64,000 bases of DNA from an uncultured Planctomycetota bacterium (GTDB lineage: Bacteria; Planctomycetota; Planctomycetia; Gemmatales; Gemmataceae): NCBI GenBank assembly GCA_963849325.1, contig CAWKHF010000013.1:1-64000 (forward strand), read 5' to 3'. Positions within the stretch are counted from its first letter, which is position 1. Each line of letters begins with the position of its first letter. The position numbers and the translations under genes are program-made. The notes below the pieces were generated by a model that was not told the origin of the DNA, ran no database searches, and saw nothing but the letters and a program-made list of their open reading frames with translations. Below are positions 1-11,521 of this stretch, in pieces.

Positions 1-335
1 CCCTGTAAAACCAAGAAGGACAAGGGGCTAGGATAAGGCAAGATTTGGCAAAATCCTTGGCAAAATCGGTACGGCAGACGAGGCTCCAGGGGTCAACCTG
101 AAGCCTCTTTCATTTCCTGTACTTTCCGTGACTTTCTAACAGTCCGGCGGTCAGATCGAGCAGGCGGGCCGTGAAATCTTGAAACTCCTGCCACTCAGGC
201 CGCACCCTACAAAATGGTGACAATTCCCCACAAGAGTACGCGAAGGGCCGGTAATGTCTTGTGGTGGATCAAATAGTAAATTGATATTTGACTTCCACTT
301 CAACGGATGACTCCGGTATGGCGAACAGGTGGCTT

Positions 336-1373
336 ATGCGACGAACCGTGCTGGTCGTACTGTTAGTCGTCACGGTGGGGGCGGCGGGCCTCTGGTGGTG
401 GTTCAACCATCGCGAGCGCGCGCCTCAGGAACTTGCGCTCTACGGCAATGTGGACTTGCGGCAGGTGCAGCTGGCTTTCAACAACAACGAGCGCATCGCC
501 GCGGTGCTGGTTCAGGAGGGCGACCGGGTGAAGCGCGGCCAGGTGCTGGCCCGGCTGGACACCAGTCGTTTAACGCCGCAGGTGGCGCAGGCGGAGGCCC
601 AGGTCGCGTCGCAGAGGCATATCGTGGAACGGATGCACAACGGCAGCCGCCCCGAAGAGATCGCCCAGGCGCGGGCGAATGTCGCGTCGGCGAAGGCGGA
701 CGCTGCCAACGCGCGACGACAATACCGACGGCTGCAAGCTTTATCCGCGGTGCGCCTCCGTGACGAATCCGAGGTGCGGGCGGTAAGTCAGGAGGATGTG
801 GACAACGCGAAGGCCGCCCTGGACGTGGCCGAGGCGAAGCTCGCCGTCAACCAGCAGGCACTGGAACTGGCGGTCGCCGGGCCGCGCAAGGAGGACATCG
901 CCCAGGCCGAGGCCCAGTTGCGGGCCAATGAGGCGCAGCTGGCCTTCCTGCGACAACAACTGGCGGACGCCGAACTGGTCGCGCCGACGACGTCCGTCGT
1001 CCGCACACGCCTCCTCGAACCGGGGGAGATGTCCTCTCCGCAGAAGGCCGTGTTCGCGCTGGCGATCACCGATCCCAAGTGGGTGCGGGCGTACGTCTCC
1101 GAGAGGGATCTGGGGAGAGTGCGCCAGGGGATGGGGGCGTCCGTGTCGGTGGACAGTTTCCCGGGCCGCCGTTTCGAGGGCTGGATCGGCTTCATCTCGC
1201 CTGTCGCGGAGTTCACGCCGAAGAGCGTGCAGACCGAGGAATTGCGGACAAGTCTTGTCTATGAAGTCCGTGTGTTCGTCAAGGACCCCTCGGACGAGTT
1301 GCGCCTCGGCACGCCGGCCACCGTCTACCTGCCGCTCGACCAGGGCGACTCGCGGGTCGAAGAGGGTCCGTGA
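336..1373 (+). CDS. HlyD-family membrane fusion protein (YbhG-like)
   Basis: N-terminal TM helix, 'LYGNVDLRQV', 'VQEGDRVKRGQVLARLD', coiled coil, 'FISPVAEFTPKSVQT'. Start uncertain (288/318/336). Confidence 0.9.
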   Translation: MRRTVLVVLLVVTVGAAGLWWWFNHRERAPQELALYGNVDLRQVQLAFNNNERIAAVLVQEGDRVKRGQVLARLDTSRLTPQVAQAEAQVASQRHIVERMHNGSRPEEIAQARANVASAKADAANARRQYRRLQALSAVRLRDESEVRAVSQEDVDNAKAALDVAEAKLAVNQQALELAVAGPRKEDIAQAEAQLRANEAQLAFLRQQLADAELVAPTTSVVRTRLLEPGEMSSPQKAVFALAITDPKWVRAYVSERDLGRVRQGMGASVSVDSFPGRRFEGWIGFISPVAEFTPKSVQTEELRTSLVYEVRVFVKDPSDELRLGTPATVYLPLDQGDSRVEEGP

Positions 1374-3142
1374 TGAGTACCGCCGCGGAGAACACACCGG
1401 TCCTGCTCGGCCGCGACATTCGCAAGACCTTTCGCCGGGACACCGGCGAGGTGGTGGCGGCGCTCGACGGCGTGTCCCTGGAGGCCGGCCAGGGCACGCT
1501 CACCGCCCTGGTCGGTCCGGACGGGGCCGGCAAGACGACGCTTATCCGCCTGGTCGCCGGGCTGATGCCAGCCGATGCGGGCGAGTTGAAGGTCCTGGGC
1601 GTCGATGTCGCCGCCGACCCGCAGCAAATCCAGGAACGCATCGGCTACATGCCGCAGAAGTTCGGATTGTACGAAGACCTGAGCGTCCAGGAGAACCTGG
1701 ACCTCTACGCCGACATGCACGGCGTCAGCGCCGCCCAACGGCGAGAGCGCTACCCGCGGCTCATGGAGATGACGGCGCTGGGCCCCTTCACGGACCGCCT
1801 GGCCGGTCGATTATCGGGCGGGATGAAGCAGAAGCTGGGGCTGGCCTGCACGCTGATCCGCTCGCCGGAACTGTTGCTGCTGGACGAGCCGACGGTCGGC
1901 GTCGATCCGCTGTCGCGGCGGGAGCTGTGGACGATCATTCTGCAGCTCGTCCGCGACCAAGGACTGACCGTGCTCCTGAGCACCTCGTACCTGGGCGAAG
2001 CCGAGCGGTGCGGTCACGTCGTCGTCTTGCACGAAGGCAGGGTGCTGGCGCAGGGGCGCCCGGCGGAAGTGAGCCGGTTGGCGGACGGCCGGACGTTCCT
2101 GGCCGAGCCGCCCGCCGGCCAGGCGGCCCGCAGGCTCCAGGCGCGCTTGCTGGACGATCCGGATGTGGTCGATGCGGTGCCCGAAGGCGGCCAGGTGCGG
2201 TTCGTGCGATCCGTCGAGGGAGATGGACGGCCAACGGCCGACGATCTTCTCCGCGGCGTGGCCGTCGTGCCGGCGCCGGCACGGTTCGAAGACGGCTTCA
2301 TGGTGCTCTTGCGGCGGACGACGGGGCGGGCAGCCCACGGCGAGTTGACTCTCGGCCGGCCGCCGGCGCGGCAGGACGGTGAAGCGGCCGTCGAGGTCCG
2401 CGATTTGGTTCGCCGCTTCGGGACCTTCACCGCCGTCGATCATGTCCACTTCGACGTGCGTCGGGGCGAGATGTTCGGCCTGCTGGGTCCCAACGGCGCG
2501 GGCAAGACCACGACGTTCCGCATGCTCTGTGGGCTATTGCCGGCCACGAGCGGCACGCTGCGCGTGGCGGGCGTGGACCTGCGGTCGCGCGCGGGCTTCC
2601 GCCCGCCAGCGGATCGGCTACGTGGCCCAGAAGTTCTCGCTCTACGGTCCGCTGACGGTCACCGAGAACCTGGAGTTCTTCGCCAGCGCGTACGGCCTGC
2701 GCGGCGGCCGGAAGCGCGCAGCGCATCGCCTGGGCGCTGGAGCAATTTGAGCTGACACGGCTGGCCCACCTGCCCAGCGGCCAGCTGCCCGGCGGCTACA
2801 AGCAACGGCTGGCGATGGCGGCGGCGCTGATGCACGAGCCGGAGATCCTGTTCCTCGATGAGCCGACCTAGCGGAGCGGACCCGCTGGCCCGCCGCGAGT
2901 TCTGGCGGCGGATCACCGCTCTGGCCGAGCAGGGCGTGACGGTGATCATCACGACTCACTTCCTGGAAGAGGCCGAATACTGCGACCACATCGCCATCAT
3001 GGACTCCGGACGAGTGCTGGCCCAGGGCACTCCCGCTGAGGTCCGCGGCCGCGCCCGGCCCGAACCCGGCCGCACGCCGACAATGGAGGACGCCTTTATC
3101 GCCATCGTCGAAGAGGCGCGCCAAGAACATCCCAACAGGTAG
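1373..3142 (+). CDS. Double ATP-binding-cassette protein (YbhF-like), frameshifted near 2590, 2720 and 2870
   Basis: Two Walker A motifs ([16 protein letters not shown]), [16 protein letters not shown]. The second domain continues across ORFs 2379-2750 and 2858-3142. Confidence 0.85.
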
Positions 3143-3161
3143 CCCAACCGGGAGGCGCCGT

Positions 3162-4314
3162 ATGCCGCTCTCTCCCGCCTCGCAGCGCCGTCCGCTTCTC
3201 GCCAAGGTGCGGCGCGTCTGGTCGCTGGTGCGCAAGGAAGCTCGCCAGATCCTCCGCGATCCCAGCAGCATCGCCATCGGCATCGTGCTGCCGGTGATCC
3301 TCATCCTGCTGTTCGGCTACGGGCTGTCGCTGGACGTGATGAACGTGCCGGTCGCCGTCGTCCTGGAGGATCCTTCGCCCGACGCGATGGAGCTGGCGGC
3401 CGGCTTCCAGCTCTCGCCGTACTTCGACGCGCAGCTCCTGACCTCGATGCCGCAGGCCCAGGAACTCATGCTCGCCCGGAAGGTGGACGGGATCGTCCGC
3501 ATCCGCCCGGACTTCGCCCGGCAGCTGGCCCTGGGCGATGTCGAGGTGCAGGTCCTCGTCCACGGCACCGACGCCAACCGCGCCCGCATCATCCAGGTCT
3601 ACGCCCAGGGAGCGATCGGCCAATGGGCGGCGCGGCGGGCCGCCGAAGGCCGCGCGTCCTCGGCCGGCCCCGTGTCGTTGCGCGATCAGCTCTGGTTCAA
3701 CAAAGCCAACGATAGCCACTACTTCCTGGTTCCCGGCCTGGTGGTGCTCGTCATGACGCTCATCGGCGCCATGCTCACGTCCCTGGTGATGGCCCGCGAG
3801 TGGGAGCGCGGCACGCTGGAGGCCCTGTTCGTCACGCCGGTTCGGGCCGACGAGATCCTGCTGGGCAAGACGGTCCCCTACTTCGTGCTGGGGATGATCG
3901 GGCTGGCGCTGTGCCTGCTGGCCGCCAAGTTCCTGTTCCACGTTCCGTTCCGCGGCTCGGTGACGGTGCTGGCCGGGGCGTCCATGCTCTACCTGCTGGT
4001 GGCGTTGGGCATCGGACTGCTGATCTCGTCGGCGACGCGAGAATCAATTCATGGCCAGCCAGTTGACGATGCTGGTCACGTTCCTGCCGGCATTCATGCT
4101 CTCGGGGTTCCTGTTTGATTTGCGCGGTATGCCGCCGGCCGTGCGGCTGCTCACGTACGTGCTGCCGGCGCGCTACTACGTCGCCCTGCTGCAAACGGTC
4201 TTCCTGGCCGGCGACGTCTGGAGCGTCATCGTTCCGAACGCGGCGGTGCTGGCCGGCATGGCCGTCGTGCTGCTTCTCCTGAGCCGAGGCGTAACCCGGA
4301 AGAGATTGGCCTGA
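3162..4314 (+). CDS. ABC-2 type permease (YbhS-like), frameshift near 4040
   Basis: 'KEARQILRDP', 'AREWERGTLEAL'. The C-terminus is in ORF 4051-4314. Confidence 0.85.
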
Positions 4315-4322
4315 GGTACACC

Positions 4323-5458
4323 ATGCTCGACGCGATCCTCCGTATCCTTGCCCTGACGCGCAAGGAACTGCTGGCCATTCTCAAGGACCCGCACAGCCGT
4401 TTCACCGTGTTTGTCCCGCCCATTCTCCAGTGCCTCATCTATGGCTACGTGGCGACCTACGACCTGAACGATGTGCCGTATGCCGCGCTCGATCAGGACC
4501 GCAGCGCCGCTTCGCGCGACCTGCTCGCCCGGTTGGACGGCTCCGGGATTTTCCGCCGCGTGGCCGACCTGCACCGGGCGGCGGAGGTGAAGTCTTCCAT
4601 CGACGAGCGCCGCGCTTTGCTCGTGATCCGGATCGACCAGGACTTCGAGAGGCGGCTGCTCCTGGGCCAGTCCGCCGACGTGCAAGCGATAGCCGACGGC
4701 CGAAACTCCAACACCGCCGGCACCGCGCTGGGCTATGTCGGTGCGATCGTCGAGACATTCAACGCCCGTTGCGCGCGGACCACCCTCTCTCGTCAACCTT
4801 CTCTCCCGCCGGGGGAGGGGTCCGGGTCACGACGCGGGCGTGGTTCAATCCGAACCTCGAAACCCGCTGGCACATGATCCCGAGCCTGATCGGCGTGCTG
4901 ACGCTGCTGGAGATGCTGCTGCTGACCGCCATGTCCGTCGCTCGGGAGCGCGAACAGGGGACGTTCGACCAGCTGCTGGTGACGCCTTTCCGCCCGGCCG
5001 AGATCATGGCCGGCAAGGCGCTGCCGTCGCTGCTGATCGGCATGGTCCAGGCGACGACCATTCTCCTGGTGGCCCAGTTTTGGTTCCGCATCCCGTTCGC
5101 CGGCTCCTTCGTGACCCTCTACGTGGGACTGAGCTTCTTCCTGCTGGCGGCGGTGGGGATCGGGCTGCTGGTCTCCTCCGTGGCGGCGACCATGCAGCAG
5201 GCGATGCTGTACTCGTTTATGCTGATGATGCCGTTCGCGCTCCTGTCGGGACTGGCCACTCCGCTCAGCAACATGCCCAAGTCCTTGCAGTACATCACGC
5301 TGGTCAACCCGCTGCGCTATGCGATCGAGATCGCGGAACGCACCTACCTGGAAGGAGCCGGACTGGACAGGCTATTGCCCGACCTGTGGCCCCTGGCCGT
5401 CATCGCGCTGGTGACGCTCTCGGCGGCCTCCTGGATGTTTCGCCACCGCCTCACCTGA
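4323..5458 (+). CDS. ABC-2 type permease (YbhR-like), frameshift near 4800
   Basis: 'RKELLAILKDP', 'DGRNSNTA', 'AREREQGTFDQLLVTP'. Confidence 0.85.
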
Positions 5459-5678
5459 GACCGGGCGGAACAAATCGGAGCGGGAGGCGTAGATCCCCGC
5501 TCCGGGAGTTTGGCGCACCGATCCCGAGTCGGTCTTGACTGGCCCGTTCGCCGACGCTATCTGGGGGGTCTCTGCTCCGATAGAACCGAGTTAACCGGCC
5601 CCCTAGGACGGTCCTGGAGTCGAGGGGTTCCAGGATCGGGTTTCGTGCATGGCCGCGGTCACACACGGCGGGGGCATT

Positions 5679-7259
5679 ATGAGCCATTCCGTTGGGACCC
5701 GACGCCCGCGGGCCGTTTCCTGCCGGGCAGCCAAGACGCTGGCCGGCTTCGCCCTGCTGGCCGGCGGTTGCACGACCCTCCAGGAATGGGTGCGGAACAG
5801 TTTCCAAGTCGGCCCGAACTACCAGAAACCTCCGGCAGCCGTCGCCCCGGCGTGGATTGATGCCGCCGACCCCCGCGTCGCCGGCAAGGCTGCGGAAGTC
5901 GATGCCTGGTGGGACGTTTTCCAGGACCCGGTGCTCAATTCCCTGATCGAGACCGCGTACCGCCAGAACCTGGACCTGAAGACCGTGGCGACGCGCGTCC
6001 TGCAAGCCCAGGCGCAGCGGAACATCACGGCCGGCAATCTCTTCCCGCAGTCGCAAAGCGCGCTCGGCGCCTACGCGCACGCCCAAATCAGCAAGAACCT
6101 CGGATTCTTTCCCACCACGCCCCTGGGAGGAGGCTTTCCGACCAACCTTAACCTGTGGGTCACCGGCTTCAACGCTTCCTGGGAACTCGATTTCTGGGGC
6201 CGGCTCCGCCGGGCCATCGAGTCCTCGAATGCGGAGCTAAGTGCCTCGGTCGAAAGCTACCATGACGCCCTGGTCACGCTGCTGGCCGACCTGGCCACCA
6301 ATTACGTGCAAATCCGCACATTCCAGCAGCGGATCGCCTATGCCCGCCGCAACGTCGAGATCCAGCGAGGCTCACTGCGCCTCGCCGAGGCGCGGTTGAA
6401 GCAGGGGAAGGCTACCGCGCTGGACGTGAAGCAGGCCCGCTCCAGCCTGGCCCAGACCGAGTCGTCGATTCCGCCCCTGGTGATCGCCTTGCGGCAGGCC
6501 AACAACCGCCTCTGCGTCTTGCTAGGCCAACCGGCCCAGGACCTCTGTCTCCACGAGGCGCCCATCCCGGCGACGCCCCCGGAAGTGGCGGTGGGTATTC
6601 CCGCCGAACTGCTCCAGCGCCGCCCGGACGTGCGGCGAGCGCTGCGAGAGGCAGCGGCCCAGAGTGCGCAAATCGGCGTGGCCGAAGCGGATTTTTATCC
6701 TCAGATCGGCATGACGGGTTTCATCGGCTATGTGGCGGATGACCTGCGGAGGCTTTTTGCGGCGGACAGTTTTACGGGCCTCATCCTCCCGAATTTCCAG
6801 TGGAAAATCCTGAACTACGGCCGCATCCGCAATAACGTCCGCGCACAGGATGCCCGCTTCCAGGAGAAGGTCTTGCAGTATCAACAAACGGCATTGACGG
6901 CCGGCCGGGAGGTGGAGGACGCCCTCGTGGCGTTCCTCCAGTACCAATTGCAAGCGCGCAGCCTGGAAGAGAGCGTGAAAGAGGCCGAGGATTCCGTGGA
7001 CCTCGTTCAAGCCCAGTACAAGGGAGGACTCGTCGATTTCAACCGTGTGTTCACCACGCAGTCCCAGCTCGTGTCCCAGCAGGATCAGCTGGCGGCCGCC
7101 CGCGGAAACATCGCCACCAGTCTGATCGCGGTCTACCGTGCCCTCGGCGGAGGATGGCAGTCCTTCACGAACGGCCCGGTGCCCCTGGCATGTACGATGC
7201 CTCCCGCGAAGCAAGCGGAAGAGACGGGGGCCGAAGATCAAGCCGCGGATTCGGAATGA
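5679..7259 (+). CDS. NodT/TolC-family outer-membrane efflux lipoprotein
   Basis: Lipobox 'LAGGC', 'VGPNY', 'WELDFWG', 'ELLQRRPDV', 'YRALGGGW'. Start could be 5649. Confidence 0.9.
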   Translation: MSHSVGTRRPRAVSCRAAKTLAGFALLAGGCTTLQEWVRNSFQVGPNYQKPPAAVAPAWIDAADPRVAGKAAEVDAWWDVFQDPVLNSLIETAYRQNLDLKTVATRVLQAQAQRNITAGNLFPQSQSALGAYAHAQISKNLGFFPTTPLGGGFPTNLNLWVTGFNASWELDFWGRLRRAIESSNAELSASVESYHDALVTLLADLATNYVQIRTFQQRIAYARRNVEIQRGSLRLAEARLKQGKATALDVKQARSSLAQTESSIPPLVIALRQANNRLCVLLGQPAQDLCLHEAPIPATPPEVAVGIPAELLQRRPDVRRALREAAAQSAQIGVAEADFYPQIGMTGFIGYVADDLRRLFAADSFTGLILPNFQWKILNYGRIRNNVRAQDARFQEKVLQYQQTALTAGREVEDALVAFLQYQLQARSLEESVKEAEDSVDLVQAQYKGGLVDFNRVFTTQSQLVSQQDQLAAARGNIATSLIAVYRALGGGWQSFTNGPVPLACTMPPAKQAEETGAEDQAADSE

Positions 7260-7336
7260 CCGAGGGCACAGAAGTCCGTCCAGGGTGCGCCAGCCGCCCC
7301 TGTACCAGAGGTTTGGTTAGAGGCACTAACCAAATA

Positions 7337-7402
7337 GGCGAGCGGGGGGCGTAAGCCCCCTGTTGACGGCGACAAACAGGGGGCTTACGCTCCCCGCTCG
7401 CC
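7337..7402. repeat. REP-like long intergenic palindrome
   Basis: GGCGAGCGGGGGGCGTAAGCCCCCTGTT ... AACAGGGGGCTTACGCTCCCCGCTCGCC between convergent genes. Confidence 0.8.
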
Positions 7403-7541
7403 AAACAGTTACCGCTTCTTAGGGTCTGTTTATGGGGTGGCATTTTGGTAGGGATGGGACGCTCGGCGCCGCTGCGCAGTGGTCCTGCATACAGATCGAT
7501 CTTCACCGCATGGAACAGCGGTCCGGACAGCGGTTGGCGAC

Positions 7542-8924
7542 TCAAACGAGTTCCGGCAGCGGGTTGGCGTCCTCCTCGGCCAGGTACTGCGGCCGGCCGG
7601 TGAGGTCCGGCAGCGTCGCCCGGTGGCAGTCGATCCCGAGGTTGTGGTAGAGGGTAGCGAACAACTCGCCCCACGTGACCGGCCGGGCGATCGCCTCTCC
7701 CGCGATCCGGTCGGTCGCCCCGATCACCTGCCCCGTCTTCATCCCGCCGCCGGCCAGCAGCGCACAGTTCACCTGCGGCCAGTGGTCGCGTCCGACCTGG
7801 GCGCTGATCTTCGGCGTCCGTCCGAACTCGCCCATGACCACTACCGTGCAGTCCTCGTCCAACCCCCGCTGGTGAAGGTCCTCGACCAGGGCGCTGACGC
7901 ACTGGTCGAAAACCGGGAAGTCCTCCGCCTCGCGTAAGAAGATGGAGTTGTCGGCGCGGCCCTCGACGTTCTTGCCGCCGTGCCAGTCCCACTTGCTGTA
8001 GTTGAGAGTGACCACCCGCGCCCCGGCCTCGACCAACCGCCGGGCCATCAGCAGGCTCTGGGGCACCCGCGGGGCGCCGTTGCCGTCCATGAACACCTTC
8101 GGGTTCCCGGTCCCGTACCGCTCGATCACGCGCACCGGCTCCTTCGACAGGTCGAGGGCGTCGGCCATGCGGGAGGACGTGAGCAGCCCGAACGCCTGTT
8201 CGGTGAAGGCGTCCATCGCCTTGACCGCGCCGTTGGCGTCGGCGTCGCGGCGCAGGTCGTCGAAGCGCTTGAGGAGCGTCTTGCGGTCGGCGAGGCGATC
8301 GACGGAGAGGCCGCGGAGGAGCATGTCTTCGCGGGTCTTGCCCATCGCGCGGAACGGGGCCATCGACGGTCCGAGGAACCCCGGCCCCGGCTCGTTGTAC
8401 GGGCCGTGGGTGCATGGGTAACACAGGCTGATAAACGGCGGGACGCTCGGATCGACCGGGCCTTGCAGCTTCGCCACCACGGAGCCGAACTGTGGCCACC
8501 CGCCGCTCGGAGTCGGCTTCCTGGGGTGGTGGCCGTTGTAGACCTGAATCGCGTCGTGGTCGGCCTGGTTGCCGACCAGCGAACGAACCACCACGAGCTT
8601 GTCCATGATCCGGGCGAGCCGGGGAAGGGCCTCGCAAATCCGCACCCCGGTGACGTTGGTTGCGGCCGGCTTCCACGGGCCGGCGACTTCCTTGGGGGCG
8701 CCAGGCTTGAGATCGAACAGGTCTTGGTGAGGCGGACCTCCGACCAGATAGATGAGGATGACCGACTTGTGGGACGAGCGGATCCCGGCGGCCGCCTCAG
8801 CCCGCAAGAGACCGGGGAGGGTGAGGCCGCCCAGGCCCAGGGCGCCGATCCGAAGGAAACCGCGGCGGGACAGGTGGTGCGGGACAAAGGGTACGGGAGC
8901 GGTGAGGTCGTGGCATGTCGGCAT
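7542..8924 (-). CDS. DUF1501 domain protein (Tat-type signal)
   Basis: 'SRRGFL', 'GGPPHQDLFDLKP', 'ARRLVEAG', 'GEFGRTP', 'GRDHW'. Confidence 0.9.
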   Translation of the reverse strand: MPTCHDLTAPVPFVPHHLSRRGFLRIGALGLGGLTLPGLLRAEAAAGIRSSHKSVILIYLVGGPPHQDLFDLKPGAPKEVAGPWKPAATNVTGVRICEALPRLARIMDKLVVVRSLVGNQADHDAIQVYNGHHPRKPTPSGGWPQFGSVVAKLQGPVDPSVPPFISLCYPCTHGPYNEPGPGFLGPSMAPFRAMGKTREDMLLRGLSVDRLADRKTLLKRFDDLRRDADANGAVKAMDAFTEQAFGLLTSSRMADALDLSKEPVRVIERYGTGNPKVFMDGNGAPRVPQSLLMARRLVEAGARVVTLNYSKWDWHGGKNVEGRADNSIFLREAEDFPVFDQCVSALVEDLHQRGLDEDCTVVVMGEFGRTPKISAQVGRDHWPQVNCALLAGGGMKTGQVIGATDRIAGEAIARPVTWGELFATLYHNLGIDCHRATLPDLTGRPQYLAEEDANPLPELV

Positions 8925-9309
8925 GGGTAGCCTCGGGAGCTAGGGAACGGCGGGTCTGGGCCGGTGCCGGATGCCGGCCGGTGCGCGGCGAGGTACAGGA
9001 ACTAGTTTCCCCGAGTTTCGCGCCCGGGTCAACGCCTTTGAGTGGATTTCGCTACTCGACACGCCGCTGCCGGCCCTGGCCTTGCAGCTCGCGATTCATG
9101 TAACGCTCTCGCGTTATTCGAAAGGACGGCATCCCCGGCTAAGGTAGCCTACCGAATGGCTCACGTCGCCCCTCGCTCGCCTTAAGTTTGCAAATAATCT
9201 TTGAAGCTTCGGCGGGACGATGCTAGGATGGGAGTGACTCGAAGCCTGCCCCTGCCGAACCTCCCGCGATGAGTTGCTCCCCACCGCGAGTACACCTGAG
9301 GGCGGAACG

Positions 9310-10779
9310 ATGAATCTTCGATCCCCCGGGTCCATCTTGATCGTCTCCTGCTACGAGTTGGGGCATCAACCGCTCGGGGTGGCCCTGCCCCTGGCGTTTC
9401 TGGAACGAGCCGGTTTCGCGCCGGATGCGTTGGACATCTCGGTGCAGGACTTCGACGAGGCCAAGGTCGCGCAGGCACGCCTGGTCGCTATCTCGGTCCC
9501 CATGCACACGGCCCTGCGCCTGGGCGTCCGCGTCGCCGAGCGCGTCCGGCAGCTTAATCCGGCCGCGGCGGTTTGTTTCTATGGACTGTACGCGGCCCTG
9601 AACGCCGACTATCTCCTCGAACACGGCGGCGACTACTGCATCGGCGGCGAATGCGAGACGCCGTTGGTCGCCCTCGCCGAAGCACTGGATGCCGGACGAA
9701 TCGGCGCCGTCGAGGGAGTCTATCAGCGCGGCCAAGCGGCTCAACCGTTTCTGCAGCGGCTGCCGTTCCCGCTGCCGGTCCGCTCGCCGCTGCCGCCGCT
9801 CGAAAAGTATGCTCGCCTCGAACACAAGGGCGAAAGCCGAGTGGTCGGCTACGTCGAGGCGAGCCGCGGCTGCCGTCACCTGTGTACGCATTGCCCGATC
9901 CCGCCCGTCTACGGCGGACGGTTCTTCATCATTCCGCGGGACGTCGTCCTGGAAGACATTCGCCGCCACGTCCGCGCGGGGGCCACGCACATCACGTTTG
10001 GCGATCCCGACTTCCTCAACGGTCCGGGACACTCCCTGAAGATCGTCCGCGCCCTGCACGCGGAGTTCCCCGAGCTGACTTTTGATTTCACTGCCAAGAT
10101 CGAGCACGTCTTGAAGCATCCCGAGGTGTTCCCCGAGTTGGGCGCCTCGGGCTGCCTGTTCATGGTCTCCGCGGTGGAGTCGCTCAGCGAGCGCGTGCTC
10201 ACGGTGCTGGAGAAGAACCACACGAGGGCGGACATCGAGAAGGCGCTGAAGATTGTCCATGCGGCCGGCATCGCGCTGCGGCCCACCTGGGTCGCCTTCA
10301 CGCCCTGGACCACCCTCGAGGACTATCGGGAAGTGCTGGAGTTCATCGAGGCGAATGGGCTGATCGACCACGTGGACCCCGTGCAGTACACTATCCGCTT
10401 GCTGGTCCCACCGGGTTCCTATCTGGCGGAGCGCCCCGCCATGCGGCCGTACCTGGGCCCGCTGGACGAAGCGGCGTTCAGCTACCACTGGGACCACCCC
10501 GACCCGCGCATGGACCGGCTGCAAAAAGCGGTCAGCAAGCTAGTCGAGGCGGACGCGACGTCGGGCGCGGACCCGGCCGATACCTTCTACCGCGTGCGCG
10601 ATCTGGCGGCCGGACGGAAGCCGAACGGTGTTGTGCATCCGCTGCCTCGGGATCGCATGAGAGCACCGCGGTTGAGTGAACCGTGGTTCTGCTGAGCGGA
10701 GCCGACCGAGGGTCAGTTGGACCCACTGCACAGCTCCAAAGCGATACTGCCCGTTGTCCCGATGCTGCCCACCGTTTAG
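9310..10779 (+). CDS. B12-binding-domain radical SAM (seleno)protein with CUAEP tail; in-frame TGA at 10693-10695 read as Sec
   Basis: CxxxCxxC motif 'CRHLCTHC'. After 'EPWFC' the TGA is followed in frame by AEPTEGQLDPLHSSKAILPVVPMLPTV to TAG 10777-10779, giving the C-U-A-E-P tail of the CUAEP/CCAEP family. Confidence 0.85.
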
Positions 10780-10794
10780 AAAGACTAACGCTCG

Positions 10795-11493
10795 ATGAAC
10801 ACGGCCCAGCAACTGCAAGACCTTCTTCAACTCCAGACGGCCCCGGTCGCGCTGGCCTTTCAGGACGCGCCACCGGCCCATCTTCCCCGCATGGCCGCGG
10901 CCGCGCCCTCCGGCTGCACGTTTTGGAAGCGTGCCGCCGCGGGGCAAGCCTTCTACACCGAAGTATCCGACCACTACAACTGCCCCATCGGGGCCTACAC
11001 CCACGGCGTCGATTTGCCGCCGGCGCAGGCGAAGGAGTTGCAAGACGTCGTGGAAACGATGATCCAGCTGGGCTATCTCCGGCCGGAAGAAGTTCCCGGC
11101 ATTCCACGCCGGCAGAGCAAGCTCGGCGTCGCTCTCTACGCGCCGCTGGCGACGGCGCCGTTCGAGCCGGAGGTCGTCCTCGTGTGCGGCAACGCCAAGC
11201 AGATCATGCTGCTGACGGAGGCGGCGCAAGCCGCCGGCGTCGGCGCCGAGGCGCCGCTGATGGGACGTCCCACCTGTGCGGCGGTCCCGACGGTCCTGCA
11301 AACCCAGCGCAGCGCGGCCAGTCTCGGCTGCATCGGCAACCGCGTTTACACCGAGATGGCCGATGACGAACTGTACTTCGCCCTGCCCGGCGGCCAACTC
11401 GGCCGAGTGGTGGAGAAGTTGGCAACGATCGTCAACGCGAACCGCGAGCTGGAGAAGTACCATCGTGCGAAACGAGCAACCCTAGGCGTTTGA
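10795..11493 (+). CDS. DUF169-family Cys-rich protein
   Basis: 'PVAL', 'GCTFW', 'CPIG', 'PTCAAVP', 'SLGCIGNR', 'DDEL' pattern. Confidence 0.75.
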   Translation: MNTAQQLQDLLQLQTAPVALAFQDAPPAHLPRMAAAAPSGCTFWKRAAAGQAFYTEVSDHYNCPIGAYTHGVDLPPAQAKELQDVVETMIQLGYLRPEEVPGIPRRQSKLGVALYAPLATAPFEPEVVLVCGNAKQIMLLTEAAQAAGVGAEAPLMGRPTCAAVPTVLQTQRSAASLGCIGNRVYTEMADDELYFALPGGQLGRVVEKLATIVNANRELEKYHRAKRATLGV

Positions 11494-11521
11494 CCCGATC
11501 CCCGGGAGAGGAGCCATTCTC

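Noticed and set aside
1-150. Possible IS end or att site, with a short direct repeat TTGGCAAAATC
   Set aside because: No partner end, transposase or tRNA is visible in the window.
9105-9165. c-di-GMP-I riboswitch-like words upstream of the radical SAM gene (TTCGAAAG, CCGGCTAA, GGTAGC, TACCGA)
   Set aside because: I could not build the required stems or find the upstream GGCAAA element by eye. An Rfam/Infernal search would be needed.
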